Of a stretch of 64,000 nucleotides of DNA, positions 38,722 to 48,480 are shown piece after piece. A program made the translations under genes and the position numbers. The stretch comes from a virus. The first letter of the stretch is position 1, and every line of letters starts with the position of its first letter. The notes under the pieces are model-generated. The model was not told the DNA's origin. It did no database searches and was given only the letters and a program-made list of their open reading frames with translations. Where the stretch lies: the IMG/VR virus record IMGVR_UViG_3300042691_018174; one strand, written 5' to 3'.

Positions 38722-41700
38722 ATGGCACAACTTGGATCACCTGGAGTACAGGTAAACGTAATAGACGAAAGTTTTTATAATCCTGCGACACCTGGAACTG
38801 TACCTTTAGTCATCGTAGCAACCGCACAAGATAAAGCTAATGCTGCAGGAACAGGTATAGCATTAGGAACAACCGCAGAAAATTCAAACAGTCTTTATTT
38901 GGCAACTAGCCAAAAAGATTTAACAGATAGATTTGGAGTTCCCAAATTTGAAAAAGATTCTAGCTCAAACGCAATACAAGGAAGCGAACTTAGCGAATAT
39001 GGATTATTTGCTGCCTATAGTTTCTTAGGAGCAAGTAGCAGCGCATATGTATTGAGAGCAAATGTTGATTTAGGTAAATTATCAGGATCAGCACTGGCCC
39101 CTGTAGGAAGCCCTGCTGCCGATACTTACTGGGTTGACACCTCAGCTACTAGATTTGGTATGTTTGAGTGGAATAGAGGACTTCAACAATTTGAAAATAA
39201 AATCCCCCTAGTCATCAACAGCGTAAATGACGTTATGTCGACTACTGGTGGAAACGCATACAAGCCTAAAGCCAGTGTTGGTGTTTCAGGCAATTACGCG
39301 ATTGTTACCCTAAGGGACGACAACCAACTTTGGTATAAAAATATTGATAACGAATGGGTTAAAGTAGGAAGCAAAGGAGTTACAACTTTTGGAGCTAACG
39401 ATTTTAATTCATTAGATTGGACTTCTAGTTGGCCAACAGTGACTTCTAAAGCATTTACAACTGTGCCTATTACTAGCGTTAGTTACACAGGTGTAAGCCA
39501 GTCTAACACATCAGGCTCAGGAATCAATGCAACATTTAATATTACTAGAGCAAATGGTTCTTATACTGTAGCTGTTAGTAATCAAGGTTCAGGATATGTA
39601 GGTACAAATACTGTCACAATCTTAGGATCTTTGTTAGGCGGTGTTGATGGAACTAATAATTTAACTATTACAGTGGACACAGTAGCAGCAGTTACTGGTG
39701 CTATCCTTTCAATTAGTTCAACTGGCACAGCAGCTACAGTTAGCGATCTTGGAATGAAAATTACTATCGGTAATTTTGATAGAAGCGGAACACCAACAGT
39801 TATTAACTATAAAATTGATGGTGGCGTATCTGGCGGCTCGGGCGGCACAGGTGCAACCCCAACAGAAATCGCAACTCAACTTAACGCTTTACTACCAGCT
39901 TCAGTTGGTGTTAGAGTTAGAAACAGCAGATTAGAGTTCATTGCTAACTCTGATGTTTATATTAATTTAGAAGCTCCTGCAACAGGTACTAGTGCATTGG
40001 CAGTATCAAGCGCAACTCCTGCTCAAGTAGCAGCAAGTCCATTAGGTGTTGCAGAAGGTGTTTATAATGCTCCTAAGATACAATTCAGCGATCATACTAG
40101 AGTTCCTTTCTGGAATGTTGCTGATACAGTTAATACATATCCAAGTGCTAGACCAAGTGGTAGTATTTGGATTAAGATGACTGAATTTAATTTAGGTGCA
40201 AAGTGGTCTGTTAAAAACTTCAATAGTGATACAAAACTATTTGAAACTAATAATGTAGGCATGTTTACTGGCGCACCTGCTGCTATAGTATCTTTAGATC
40301 CTTTAGGCGGTGGCACAAACATACGTTTGAATACGGTGTTTGTTGACGCAGATCCTTCAAGAACAGATCTTGCTGGTTTTACATTAAGATATAGAAGTAC
40401 TGTAGGATCTACAGTAGCTACTGTTACTGTTCCTTCAGGATTCGCAGCTGAAAATGAAACAATTACCATTAGAGAAACTGTAAAAGGAAGTGCTGTACTG
40501 AATTCTAAAACCTTCGCAGTGGATGGTGAAACAGTTGAAGAATTTGTTCAAGCTATACAAGATGCGGGACTAACTAATGTTACTGCTACATGGCAGCAAG
40601 ATATTTCAAGATTAACATTGACTCATGCATTAGGCGGTGACATTGTTTTAATTGGTGATTCATGGGCAGAATTAGGATTTGCTGAAACTGTTACCAATGT
40701 GTATACTGCTGCATCAGGCATCAATGCTGATTTTGTTGTTTCAAATTGGAAGCCATTGATCCAGAAGAACGCAACTCCATATGTTGTAGGTCCTTCACAA
40801 CCAACAGACACTCCTGCTGACGGCACACTTTGGTATGCAAGTTATCAAAATCAAGTTGATATTATGGTACATGATGGTGCAAAGTGGGCAGGGTACAACA
40901 ACGTATTCCAAAATGCTAGTATATTGGTGCAAGCATCACGTCCTGGTTCATTAGGTAGAGTTTTTGGTGATCTTTGGATTGATACTAGTGATCAAGAAAA
41001 CTACGGAAGAAAAATGTACCGTTGGAACAACACCGCAAAAACTTGGGATGCGATTGATGTAACTGATCATACAAGTCAATATGGTATTATCTATGCAGAT
41101 GCACGTTGGGCTACAACAGGCGCAAGCTCTACTGCTAGTACTGTGGCAGATCTAATGTCAAGCAATTATGTTGATTATGATTGTCCAGATCCAACAGCAT
41201 ATCCTAGAGGAATGTTGTTATGGAACACAAGAAGAAATGGCTTCAATATCAAACAATATAGAAAAGATTACGTTAACGTTAACGAAATCAACACTAGATT
41301 TTCTGATGAAGCTCAAACAGCATATTATCCAGATCGTTGGGTAAGTGTTAGTGGTCAAGACTTGAATCAAGTCGCACACTTCGGAAGAAAAGCACAAAGA
41401 GCATATGTTGTTGGACAACTAAAAGTAGCTATCAACACTAGTCAAACAATTTTAGATGAAGATAATATTTTCTTTAACTTGATTGCATGTCCTGGATATC
41501 CAGAATTGATTAGTGACATGGTCAACCTAAACAATGCTAGAAATGGCACTGCATTGGTAATTGGTGATACACCTTTAAGATTAGAAAGCAATGCACAATC
41601 TTTAATAGATTATGGTAACGATTCTGCTAACAGCGGTATTGACGGGGAACTTGGTTTACACACAGCAAGTGACCATTTAGCTGTATATTACCCAAGCGGT

Positions 41701-42324
41701 CTTTCAACTGATCTTAGCGGTTCTAACGTTGTTGTTCCAGCAAGCCACATGATGTTAAGAACTATTGCGATCAGTGATCAACGTAGTTTCCAATGGTTTG
41801 CTCCAGCAGGAACACGTAGAGGCGGAATTACTAACGCTACATCTGTTGGATATTTAAAGAATGGTTCTTTTGTACCAGTGAGTTTGAATCAAGGCACTAG
41901 AGATCAAATGGCACAGGTAAAAATTAACCCAATTACAAATATCCCAGGCGCAGGATTAGTAGCATTTGGTCAATATACAAAAACAGGCATTAACAGTAGT
42001 TTAGATAGAGTAAATGTATCAAGACTAGTTAGTTACCTGCGTAGACAATTAGGGATCATTACAAAACCGTTCATATTTGAACCAAACGACAAACAAACAA
42101 GAAGCGAAATCAAGAACGTTTGTGAAAGTTTAATGTTAGACTTAGTTAGTTTGAGAGGCATTTATGACTTTATTGTGATTTGTGATGAATCAAACAATAC
42201 ACCATCGGTGATTAGTAACAATCAACTTTATGTTGATATTGCTGTAGAGCCGGTAAAAGCAGTTGAATTCATTTACATTCCTCTAAGATTGAAGAATGTC
42301 GGTGATATCAAGTCACGTCAATAA
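38722..42324 (+). CDS. gp18: Contractile tail sheath protein (T4 gp18-like), enlarged by insertions
   Basis: SPGVQVNVIDES; WFAPAGTRRG; INPI; LDRVNVSRL; FIFEPND; VICDESNNTP; PVKAVEFIYIP. Confidence 0.95.
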   Translation: MAQLGSPGVQVNVIDESFYNPATPGTVPLVIVATAQDKANAAGTGIALGTTAENSNSLYLATSQKDLTDRFGVPKFEKDSSSNAIQGSELSEYGLFAAYSFLGASSSAYVLRANVDLGKLSGSALAPVGSPAADTYWVDTSATRFGMFEWNRGLQQFENKIPLVINSVNDVMSTTGGNAYKPKASVGVSGNYAIVTLRDDNQLWYKNIDNEWVKVGSKGVTTFGANDFNSLDWTSSWPTVTSKAFTTVPITSVSYTGVSQSNTSGSGINATFNITRANGSYTVAVSNQGSGYVGTNTVTILGSLLGGVDGTNNLTITVDTVAAVTGAILSISSTGTAATVSDLGMKITIGNFDRSGTPTVINYKIDGGVSGGSGGTGATPTEIATQLNALLPASVGVRVRNSRLEFIANSDVYINLEAPATGTSALAVSSATPAQVAASPLGVAEGVYNAPKIQFSDHTRVPFWNVADTVNTYPSARPSGSIWIKMTEFNLGAKWSVKNFNSDTKLFETNNVGMFTGAPAAIVSLDPLGGGTNIRLNTVFVDADPSRTDLAGFTLRYRSTVGSTVATVTVPSGFAAENETITIRETVKGSAVLNSKTFAVDGETVEEFVQAIQDAGLTNVTATWQQDISRLTLTHALGGDIVLIGDSWAELGFAETVTNVYTAASGINADFVVSNWKPLIQKNATPYVVGPSQPTDTPADGTLWYASYQNQVDIMVHDGAKWAGYNNVFQNASILVQASRPGSLGRVFGDLWIDTSDQENYGRKMYRWNNTAKTWDAIDVTDHTSQYGIIYADARWATTGASSTASTVADLMSSNYVDYDCPDPTAYPRGMLLWNTRRNGFNIKQYRKDYVNVNEINTRFSDEAQTAYYPDRWVSVSGQDLNQVAHFGRKAQRAYVVGQLKVAINTSQTILDEDNIFFNLIACPGYPELISDMVNLNNARNGTALVIGDTPLRLESNAQSLIDYGNDSANSGIDGELGLHTASDHLAVYYPSGLSTDLSGSNVVVPASHMMLRTIAISDQRSFQWFAPAGTRRGGITNATSVGYLKNGSFVPVSLNQGTRDQMAQVKINPITNIPGAGLVAFGQYTKTGINSSLDRVNVSRLVSYLRRQLGIITKPFIFEPNDKQTRSEIKNVCESLMLDLVSLRGIYDFIVICDESNNTPSVISNNQLYVDIAVEPVKAVEFIYIPLRLKNVGDIKSRQ

Positions 42325-42337
42325 GGAGAGCTTATAA

Positions 42338-42970
42338 ATGGCGATTACAAGTTTAAGTAGATTTACAGTACCCATTCCAGGGGGTCAAAGCAACCCTAGC
42401 CAGGGTCTACTAATGCCCAAGCTCAAATACAGATTTAGAGTAACATTAGGTAACTTTGGAGTAACAAAATCAACAACTGAGTTGACGAAACAAGTCATGA
42501 CAGTTGCTAGGCCAAACGTACAATTTGACAGTCAAACCATTGACGTTTACAACAGCAAGATTTTCTATGCTGGTAAACACACATGGCAACCAATTAGTAT
42601 GACTGTAAGAGATGATATCAATGGCGAAGTTGCTAGATTAGTTGGCGAGCAAGTACAGAAACAATTTGATATGTTAGAGCAAGTCAGCGCATATAGCGGC
42701 AGTGATTATAAGTTTGTTACAAAAATTGAAATTTTAGATGGCGGTAACGGTAATGTTAACGAGCCAAATATTTTAGAAGTTTTTGAATTATATGGCTGTT
42801 TCTTAACAGACGTTAATTATAACGAATTAACGTATGCTGAGAGCGCACCAGTAGACATTACAATGGCTATACAATATGACAATGCTGTACAATATGGAAA
42901 AGATGGGGCACAACCTGTTACATTTGGTTCAGTAATTGCACGTGGAGTCAGATCAAGTTTAACTGGTTAA
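42338..42970 (+). CDS. gp19: Tail tube protein (T4 gp19-like)
   Basis: Follows the sheath gene; PKLKYRFRV..RPNV..YAGKHTWQPISMTVRDD..FELYGCF..IQYD. Confidence 0.9.
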   Translation: MAITSLSRFTVPIPGGQSNPSQGLLMPKLKYRFRVTLGNFGVTKSTTELTKQVMTVARPNVQFDSQTIDVYNSKIFYAGKHTWQPISMTVRDDINGEVARLVGEQVQKQFDMLEQVSAYSGSDYKFVTKIEILDGGNGNVNEPNILEVFELYGCFLTDVNYNELTYAESAPVDITMAIQYDNAVQYGKDGAQPVTFGSVIARGVRSSLTG

Positions 42971-42997
42971 TAGAAATTAAAATTCTGGGAGTGGATC

Positions 42998-43025
42998 AAA
43001 AGCCTGGTTTTCGCCAGGCTTTTTT
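42998..43025 (+). terminator. Intrinsic terminator after the tail tube gene
   Basis: AAAAGCCTGG-ttttcg-CCAGGCTTTTTT. Confidence 0.9.
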
Positions 43026-43032
43026 AATGGGC

Positions 43033-43038
43033 TAAATA
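43033..43038 (+). promoter_or_regulatory. Late promoter TAAATA, 5 nt before ATG 43044
   Basis: gcTAAATAttattATG. Confidence 0.75.
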
Positions 43039-43043
43039 TTATT

Positions 43044-44288
43044 ATGGCCAATATCTTTACTAACTTCTTAGACAGTGTTTCTGGGGATCTTAAGAATACC
43101 AATCTGAAAGATTACAGACACGCAAATAAACTGTTTGTACAAAACTTTTATCGACTTGCCCCTAAACACGGATTTTTATACTTCGTTAAATTCCGTTTGA
43201 ACCCAAACGTAGCACAAACTGATGCTTGGAAAAATAATAGATTAGATTTAGAATTAGGAATGTTAGTTAAAAGTTGCGAGCTTCCTAAAATATCTTTCGA
43301 AGGTCAAACATTAAACATATATAATAAAAAACAACCTGTTTACACTAAAATATTGTATAATCCTCTGAACATGGTATTGCATGATGATAATCGAGGATTG
43401 GTCAGAGAATTTTGGCAGATGTACTATCAGTATTATTCTTCAGATAGTTATTATGCAGGCAGCAATGCAACGCCAGGTATATTACCTGTGAATCCAGTAA
43501 ACAGATATGAAAAACCTGCACCTGTTTCGCAACAACAATTAAATGCAAGAGCAACACCGAATGGTTCATATGTTGATACAACTGATCCTGCACGTTATGG
43601 TCTAGACACAACTATGAAAGAACAGTTGATAAGATCTATAGAAATATATCAGTTAAGTAGAAAAGATTTCTTTTTACATACATTGATTAATCCAAAAATT
43701 AGATCTTGGAACATGGATACTTTAGCTTCTGACAGTAAAAATTTACTAACTCATAATGTCACTTTTGAATATGAAGGAGTTTATTTTGGCTCTGGTAAAG
43801 TTACTAGATTTAACCCTGATGGATGGACTGATCTACATTATGATTTAGACCCTAGCCCAATAGGCGGGATTTTTGGTAAGACACAAAATGGATTGTATGG
43901 TCCTGGTGGATTAATACAAGACGGAACAACATTGTATGCTGATATCACAGATGCTCAACAAAACCAAAATCTAGATCAAAGACAAGCGTTAGCTCTTTTA
44001 TTTAGAAGTGCGAGGCTTATTAGTAATGCTAGTAATCTTGATGTTGATTTAGCTAGAAAACAAGTAGAAGAAACTTTCATAAATAGCGTTACCATAACAA
44101 ACCAAAGCAGCACTAGTAATGGCGCTGTACAAGGGTTAAATGTTAATAGACCTAATGATGGTTCAAATAATACTGAAGCAGTTAGTAGACAAGTATCGCC
44201 TGAATTTAATCCTAATAACTCTGCGATCAATACAAATACTGCAGGTACTCCTGATGGGTCTAACACAGTTCCTGTTTCTAGAGCTTAA
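43044..44288 (+). CDS. Tail-tube-fold baseplate protein (gp48/gp54-like tube initiator)
   Basis: VKSCELPKISF..NIYNKK..YNPLNMVLHDD..LINPKI..TFEYE, a tube-protein-like pattern; adjacent to gp19. Confidence 0.65.
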   Translation: MANIFTNFLDSVSGDLKNTNLKDYRHANKLFVQNFYRLAPKHGFLYFVKFRLNPNVAQTDAWKNNRLDLELGMLVKSCELPKISFEGQTLNIYNKKQPVYTKILYNPLNMVLHDDNRGLVREFWQMYYQYYSSDSYYAGSNATPGILPVNPVNRYEKPAPVSQQQLNARATPNGSYVDTTDPARYGLDTTMKEQLIRSIEIYQLSRKDFFLHTLINPKIRSWNMDTLASDSKNLLTHNVTFEYEGVYFGSGKVTRFNPDGWTDLHYDLDPSPIGGIFGKTQNGLYGPGGLIQDGTTLYADITDAQQNQNLDQRQALALLFRSARLISNASNLDVDLARKQVEETFINSVTITNQSSTSNGAVQGLNVNRPNDGSNNTEAVSRQVSPEFNPNNSAINTNTAGTPDGSNTVPVSRA

Positions 44289-44298
44289 GGAAATTTAA

Positions 44299-44676
44299 AT
44301 GGCAACAAATTATTCTAACTTACCAAGTAAATCTAATACTTCAAGTGAATCAAAAGTTATACAATACTTTGATAATTATTATACTAAACCTACAGAATTA
44401 GATGTTGGCAATATTGACGTTATGCGAGGGTTTTTTGAGCAAAGAGGATTCCAATCTGAAAGTGCAAAAAATATTACCTACTTAATTTTAAAAACAGCCA
44501 AGCAAAGTAATTATACATCCCAAGAGATTTTAGAAGCATTGTCATCATATAATGATCAACAGTTAAATGATTTTTTATTAAGCATTTTGAATTTTAATAG
44601 AGCCAAAACAAGTACACTAGGATCTATTAAAAAAGTTGAAACTACCGAAATCATAATGAGAAATATTGTAGCATGA
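44299..44676 (+). CDS. Hypothetical protein
   Basis: 125-aa ORF with SD AAGGA; overlaps the next gene (ATGA). Confidence 0.65.
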   Translation: MATNYSNLPSKSNTSSESKVIQYFDNYYTKPTELDVGNIDVMRGFFEQRGFQSESAKNITYLILKTAKQSNYTSQEILEALSSYNDQQLNDFLLSILNFNRAKTSTLGSIKKVETTEIIMRNIVA

Positions 44677-45116
44677 GTTTAGCAAAATTTTCTAAAGGTA
44701 GATTTCTTCTAAAAAATCCTGACAAATATGTAGGGAATCATGAACCTTTATATAGAAGCAGTTGGGAATGGCATTTCATGCAAATGTGTGACAGTCATCC
44801 CAATATAACTAACTGGGCCAGCGAAGGAGTAAAGATACCTTATTTAGATCCCACTACTGGTAGACAAACTGTATATGTTCCAGATTTTCTAATACAATAT
44901 GAAGATAGACACGGAAAGAAAAGAACAGAACTAGTAGAGATAAAACCTTCTAATCAAATGTTAAAAGAGAGGGTAGGCAAAAATCCATACAATCAGATGC
45001 AGTATGTGAAAAATCAAGCCAAATGGGCTGCTGCTGGAGCATGGTGTAAACAGAACGGTATCGTATTTAGGATAATTAATGAAAACGACATTTTTCATAA
45101 TGGAAAGAAAAGATGA
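44673..45116 (+). CDS. gp4: Head completion nuclease (T4 gp4-like, TnsA-N fold)
   Basis: KNPDKYVG..YRSSWE..WASE..IPY..YVPDF..EIKP..NQAKWAAA..F.IINE. Confidence 0.9.
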   Translation: MSLAKFSKGRFLLKNPDKYVGNHEPLYRSSWEWHFMQMCDSHPNITNWASEGVKIPYLDPTTGRQTVYVPDFLIQYEDRHGKKRTELVEIKPSNQMLKERVGKNPYNQMQYVKNQAKWAAAGAWCKQNGIVFRIINENDIFHNGKKR

Positions 45117-45604
45117 CTAAAAAATTAGAAGAACTATTAGATCTTCCTCCAAAAAATGAATCTATGATATCCCAGGAGATTATAGATCCAAAGACTATTG
45201 AGAAGGAATCAGAAGAGCGTATCAGAACTATTGAAGAATTTGATAAAATATCAGCAGCTCTTCCTCAAGTAAAAGGATTGGGCGACCTCAGTGACTCTGA
45301 ATTAGACACTCTGGCTCAAAAAGCTACAGATGCATATGATGATCTTATGGATTTGGGCATGAATGTTGAAGCTAGATATGGTGCTAGGATATTTGAAGTA
45401 GCGCAGTCTGCATTGAAAAATGCTATAGATGCTAAATCTGCTAAGATAGATAAAAAGCTAAAGATGATAGAATTGCAGCTGAAAAAGCAGAAATTAGATC
45501 AAGATAGAGATGATGTGGATGACGGTAGTGTAGTTGAAGGCCGGGCCTTTATTGTTTCTGACCGTAATAGCCTGCTACAAAAGTTAAAAAACATTGATAA
45601 ATAA
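45113..45604 (+). CDS. Probable terminase small subunit (gp16-like)
   Basis: Helical; DLMDLGMNVEARYGARIFEVA..KKLKMIELQL..FIVSDRNSLL resembles gp16 (R.+EV...V.+..L); lies upstream of the terminase large subunit. Confidence 0.6.
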   Translation: MTKKLEELLDLPPKNESMISQEIIDPKTIEKESEERIRTIEEFDKISAALPQVKGLGDLSDSELDTLAQKATDAYDDLMDLGMNVEARYGARIFEVAQSALKNAIDAKSAKIDKKLKMIELQLKKQKLDQDRDDVDDGSVVEGRAFIVSDRNSLLQKLKNIDK

Positions 45605-45620
45605 ATCAAAGGATCCAAAA

Positions 45621-46148
45621 ATGAAAACTTTTAAAGAATATATTACAGAATCTTTTGATAAAAAGAAATATCTGTTCAAAGTCAAGATCGCTGGCGATAT
45701 TTCTGAAGATCAACAGACTATATTAAAAACTGCCTTAGAAAAATATAAGGTAGAAAACTTCGCTAAAAACAGTACTACCCCAATTCAATCTCTGCCATTG
45801 GATTTTCCTAAACTAAGAAACACTAGTGTTAATATCTATGATGTTACTTTGGCGTACCCAGTGACACAATATGAATTACATGAATATATCTGCAACAATA
45901 TTAAATTAGGTGCTGACCATGTTGTAGTAAGAAATCCTTTTGAACCAACAGAAGAATATCAAAATGTCGATAAAGACAGCGATAAAAAAACTGCACTATT
46001 GAGTGACTCTGAATATAAAGAAGCATCTAAAGTAAAAGTTGAGGATTACTTTGGCGACAAGTTCAATGAAAATCTTCTTAAAGACTTAGCTAAGGCTTCT
46101 AAAGAAAGAGCCAAAGAACAAGGTTTAAAAATTCCTAAAGGCAAGTAA
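45621..46148 (+). CDS. Putative internal head/prohead protein with a T4-like capsid-targeting N-terminus
   Basis: TAAATA at 45598 and SD AAGGA favour start 45621. MKTFKEYITE|S resembles the N-termini of T4 internal proteins (MKTYQEFIAE). Confidence 0.6.
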   Translation: MKTFKEYITESFDKKKYLFKVKIAGDISEDQQTILKTALEKYKVENFAKNSTTPIQSLPLDFPKLRNTSVNIYDVTLAYPVTQYELHEYICNNIKLGADHVVVRNPFEPTEEYQNVDKDSDKKTALLSDSEYKEASKVKVEDYFGDKFNENLLKDLAKASKERAKEQGLKIPKGK

Positions 46149-46150
46149 TT

Positions 46151-48478
46151 ATGGATTTAAAGGCTATATCTGCTAAGTTGGCGGAACTGGAAAAGCTGTC
46201 AAAGCAATCACAAACGTCAACTGCTGCACCTACTAATAAGGTTCCAGGGCAACAGCCTTCAATGACTCCTACGTCTAATAGTCCAAGTACAGTTACTACT
46301 CCTAATAATACAGATCAAGAAACAAAACAATTGGCTGTTGATTTACAAAAGCAATTAGATACTTTAAAAAATCAACAAGTATCAGCGTCTCCGCAGACTA
46401 TGCAGGCACGGTCAGGAACTTCAATGATTCCGCCTCAGGAAAAAGATGAGCCAATAAACAAGGATACGCAAGGTCCTAAAACTGATCTACAGCAAAATAA
46501 AAAACCAGGTGAGCCTGTAGTAGAAAAAAAAGTTACCAGACAAGAATATATTGATGATAGGAAAAAAGCTGTTGCCCTGGAACCATCATTATATTTTAAT
46601 CTTAGACCAGATACTCAAGAAGAAATATATAATTCTTTACCTGCTTCGGCACAAAAAGTTGTCAGATTGCAGAACAAGTATAGAAAAGCAGTTGCAAGTA
46701 CTGATACTAAAGAAGGCGACTTACAAAAAATAAGTAAGGCGTTAGACAGTGCTAGAACCGAACATAAAAAAACTTTAGATGCACCTGCTGCATCTGATGC
46801 AAACACTCAACCAAATGCATCTGCTGCATCTAATGCAAACACTCAACCAAATGCATCTGCTGCATCTAATGCAAACACTCAACCAAATGCATCTGCTGCA
46901 TCTAATGCAAACACTCAACCAAATCCACCTGCTGCAAATACTTCATCTAGACAACTACCAAAAGACGGTGTAGTAGGAACTGCTTTACAAAAATACGGAG
47001 TATCAAAAGCTGATAGAAGAAATCCAGAATTTGTTACTAGAGTATTAGGGCCAGGTTATGAAGCAGGCAGCGCAAAGGCAAATTTAGCGTTGTTATCAAA
47101 AGCTAAAAAAGGTGAAATTAATACTTCTACAAGTTCCTCATCGAGTAGTGTATCAAGTGGTACTGGTTCAGATACAGGAGAACCAGACGAGACAGATGCC
47201 CAACGTCAAGCTCGTCTAGAACGAGAGAGACTTGATCAAATAGAGCAAGATAAAAAATATGGGATCCAACGTTCTGATGACGCTACGAGAAGAGCTGAGG
47301 CTGAAACTGCTGCTGCTCGGGAAAGAGAAATAGATGCGGAAGTTGCTGCATTTTTAGCCGCCCATCCAGGTGTCACTTACGACAAGAACAATAGCACATT
47401 CAAAGATGCTAATGGTAATCCTTTAGGAAGTTATAATACAGCTATTAATCCTGATACTAATAAAATTTACGGAATTGATATTTCAGGTAGAAAAGATTTT
47501 GTCACTACTCATCCAAATGTTTATAGAGGCAAGGAACAACCAGCTACACGAAGTGATTCTACTGCTAGTAATGGTAATGGCGGTTCACAGGTTGCTACCC
47601 AGACTTCAAATAATTCATCTAACTCACAATCATCGGCACCAGCTACACAAAGTGATTCTACTGCTAGTAATGGTAATGGCAGTTCACAGGTTGCTAGCCA
47701 GACTGCAAATGATTCATCTAACCCACAACAGGAACCAGCTAAAAATGATTATTCAAAACTTAGTTTTGACGATTTGAGACATTTGTCGCAAACTGATCCT
47801 GACGCAAGAGAAGAAGTTGGAAAAAGAATGGCTTCTGGAAAACTACAAGAAGAATTGGCTCTAAGATTAGATTTGTTAGTAAATGAAATTTTAGAAAATT
47901 CTGCTACTGCAACTATAGATAATAGAGCTAATAAACAAGCACCTAAAACTACTATCGGTTCTGATATAATAGACAAAGTTTCTAAAGCTATTCCAGAGCC
48001 AGTAAAAAGTGCATCTAAAAAAGTAGTTAACAATCCAGTATCTCGTACTGCTTTAAAATTTGGTGGACCAGCCGCAGGGGTATACAGTGCATTTAATTCT
48101 ATAAATGATTTTGAAGATGCCGATATCGCAGCAGCCAAAGGAGACAAAGTCGGAAAATGGATTAAAAATGCCAAAGGTGTTACTAATCTAGGACTGGGAG
48201 TTTCTGGAGCTGCTACACTAATACCTGCAACTTGGCCTGTTTCTATTCCAGCTGACATTGCTCTAGCCATAGCCAGCGGAAGTCTTGAAGCAGCTGATTG
48301 GGTCAATGACCAAATGAATAAGCCAAGAAGTAAAAAAGACATAGAACGCCAAATGTCAAATGTTGATGCCTTGGGCAATTTCACTGGCGATTATGGTATG
48401 ATGCCTGAAACACATGACAAGATAAGAGAAGATTTGAATCAAATACTCATGTTATCAAAGTATAAATTAGGACAATAA
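46151..48478 (+). CDS. Low-complexity, repeat-rich protein; candidate internal head/ejection protein
   Basis: 775 aa with tandem repeats, LQE|, ILE| and MPE| sites and a Gly/Ala-rich hydrophobic C-terminal region; ends QILMLSKY. Confidence 0.6.
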   Translation: MDLKAISAKLAELEKLSKQSQTSTAAPTNKVPGQQPSMTPTSNSPSTVTTPNNTDQETKQLAVDLQKQLDTLKNQQVSASPQTMQARSGTSMIPPQEKDEPINKDTQGPKTDLQQNKKPGEPVVEKKVTRQEYIDDRKKAVALEPSLYFNLRPDTQEEIYNSLPASAQKVVRLQNKYRKAVASTDTKEGDLQKISKALDSARTEHKKTLDAPAASDANTQPNASAASNANTQPNASAASNANTQPNASAASNANTQPNPPAANTSSRQLPKDGVVGTALQKYGVSKADRRNPEFVTRVLGPGYEAGSAKANLALLSKAKKGEINTSTSSSSSSVSSGTGSDTGEPDETDAQRQARLERERLDQIEQDKKYGIQRSDDATRRAEAETAAAREREIDAEVAAFLAAHPGVTYDKNNSTFKDANGNPLGSYNTAINPDTNKIYGIDISGRKDFVTTHPNVYRGKEQPATRSDSTASNGNGGSQVATQTSNNSSNSQSSAPATQSDSTASNGNGSSQVASQTANDSSNPQQEPAKNDYSKLSFDDLRHLSQTDPDAREEVGKRMASGKLQEELALRLDLLVNEILENSATATIDNRANKQAPKTTIGSDIIDKVSKAIPEPVKSASKKVVNNPVSRTALKFGGPAAGVYSAFNSINDFEDADIAAAKGDKVGKWIKNAKGVTNLGLGVSGAATLIPATWPVSIPADIALAIASGSLEAADWVNDQMNKPRSKKDIERQMSNVDALGNFTGDYGMMPETHDKIREDLNQILMLSKYKLGQ
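46781..46936 (+). repeat. 36-bp tandem repeat x4.3 (ASAASNANTQPN)
   Basis: gcatctgctgcatctaatgcaaacactcaaccaaat units, near-identical. Confidence 0.95.
47540..47730 (+). repeat. 99-bp tandem duplication (PAT.SDSTASNGNG.SQVA.QT.N.SSN.Q)
   Basis: Copies start at 47540 and 47639. Confidence 0.9.
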
Positions 48479-48480
48479 TT

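Noticed and set aside
44673-45116. TnsA-like nuclease as evidence of a Tn7-type transposon
   Set aside because: Motifs and position match T4 gp4 head-completion protein; there are no tnsB/C genes or terminal repeats.
46781-46936. 36-bp repeats as a possible CRISPR array
   Set aside because: The units are directly tandem with no unique spacers, are in frame within a CDS, and no cas genes are present.
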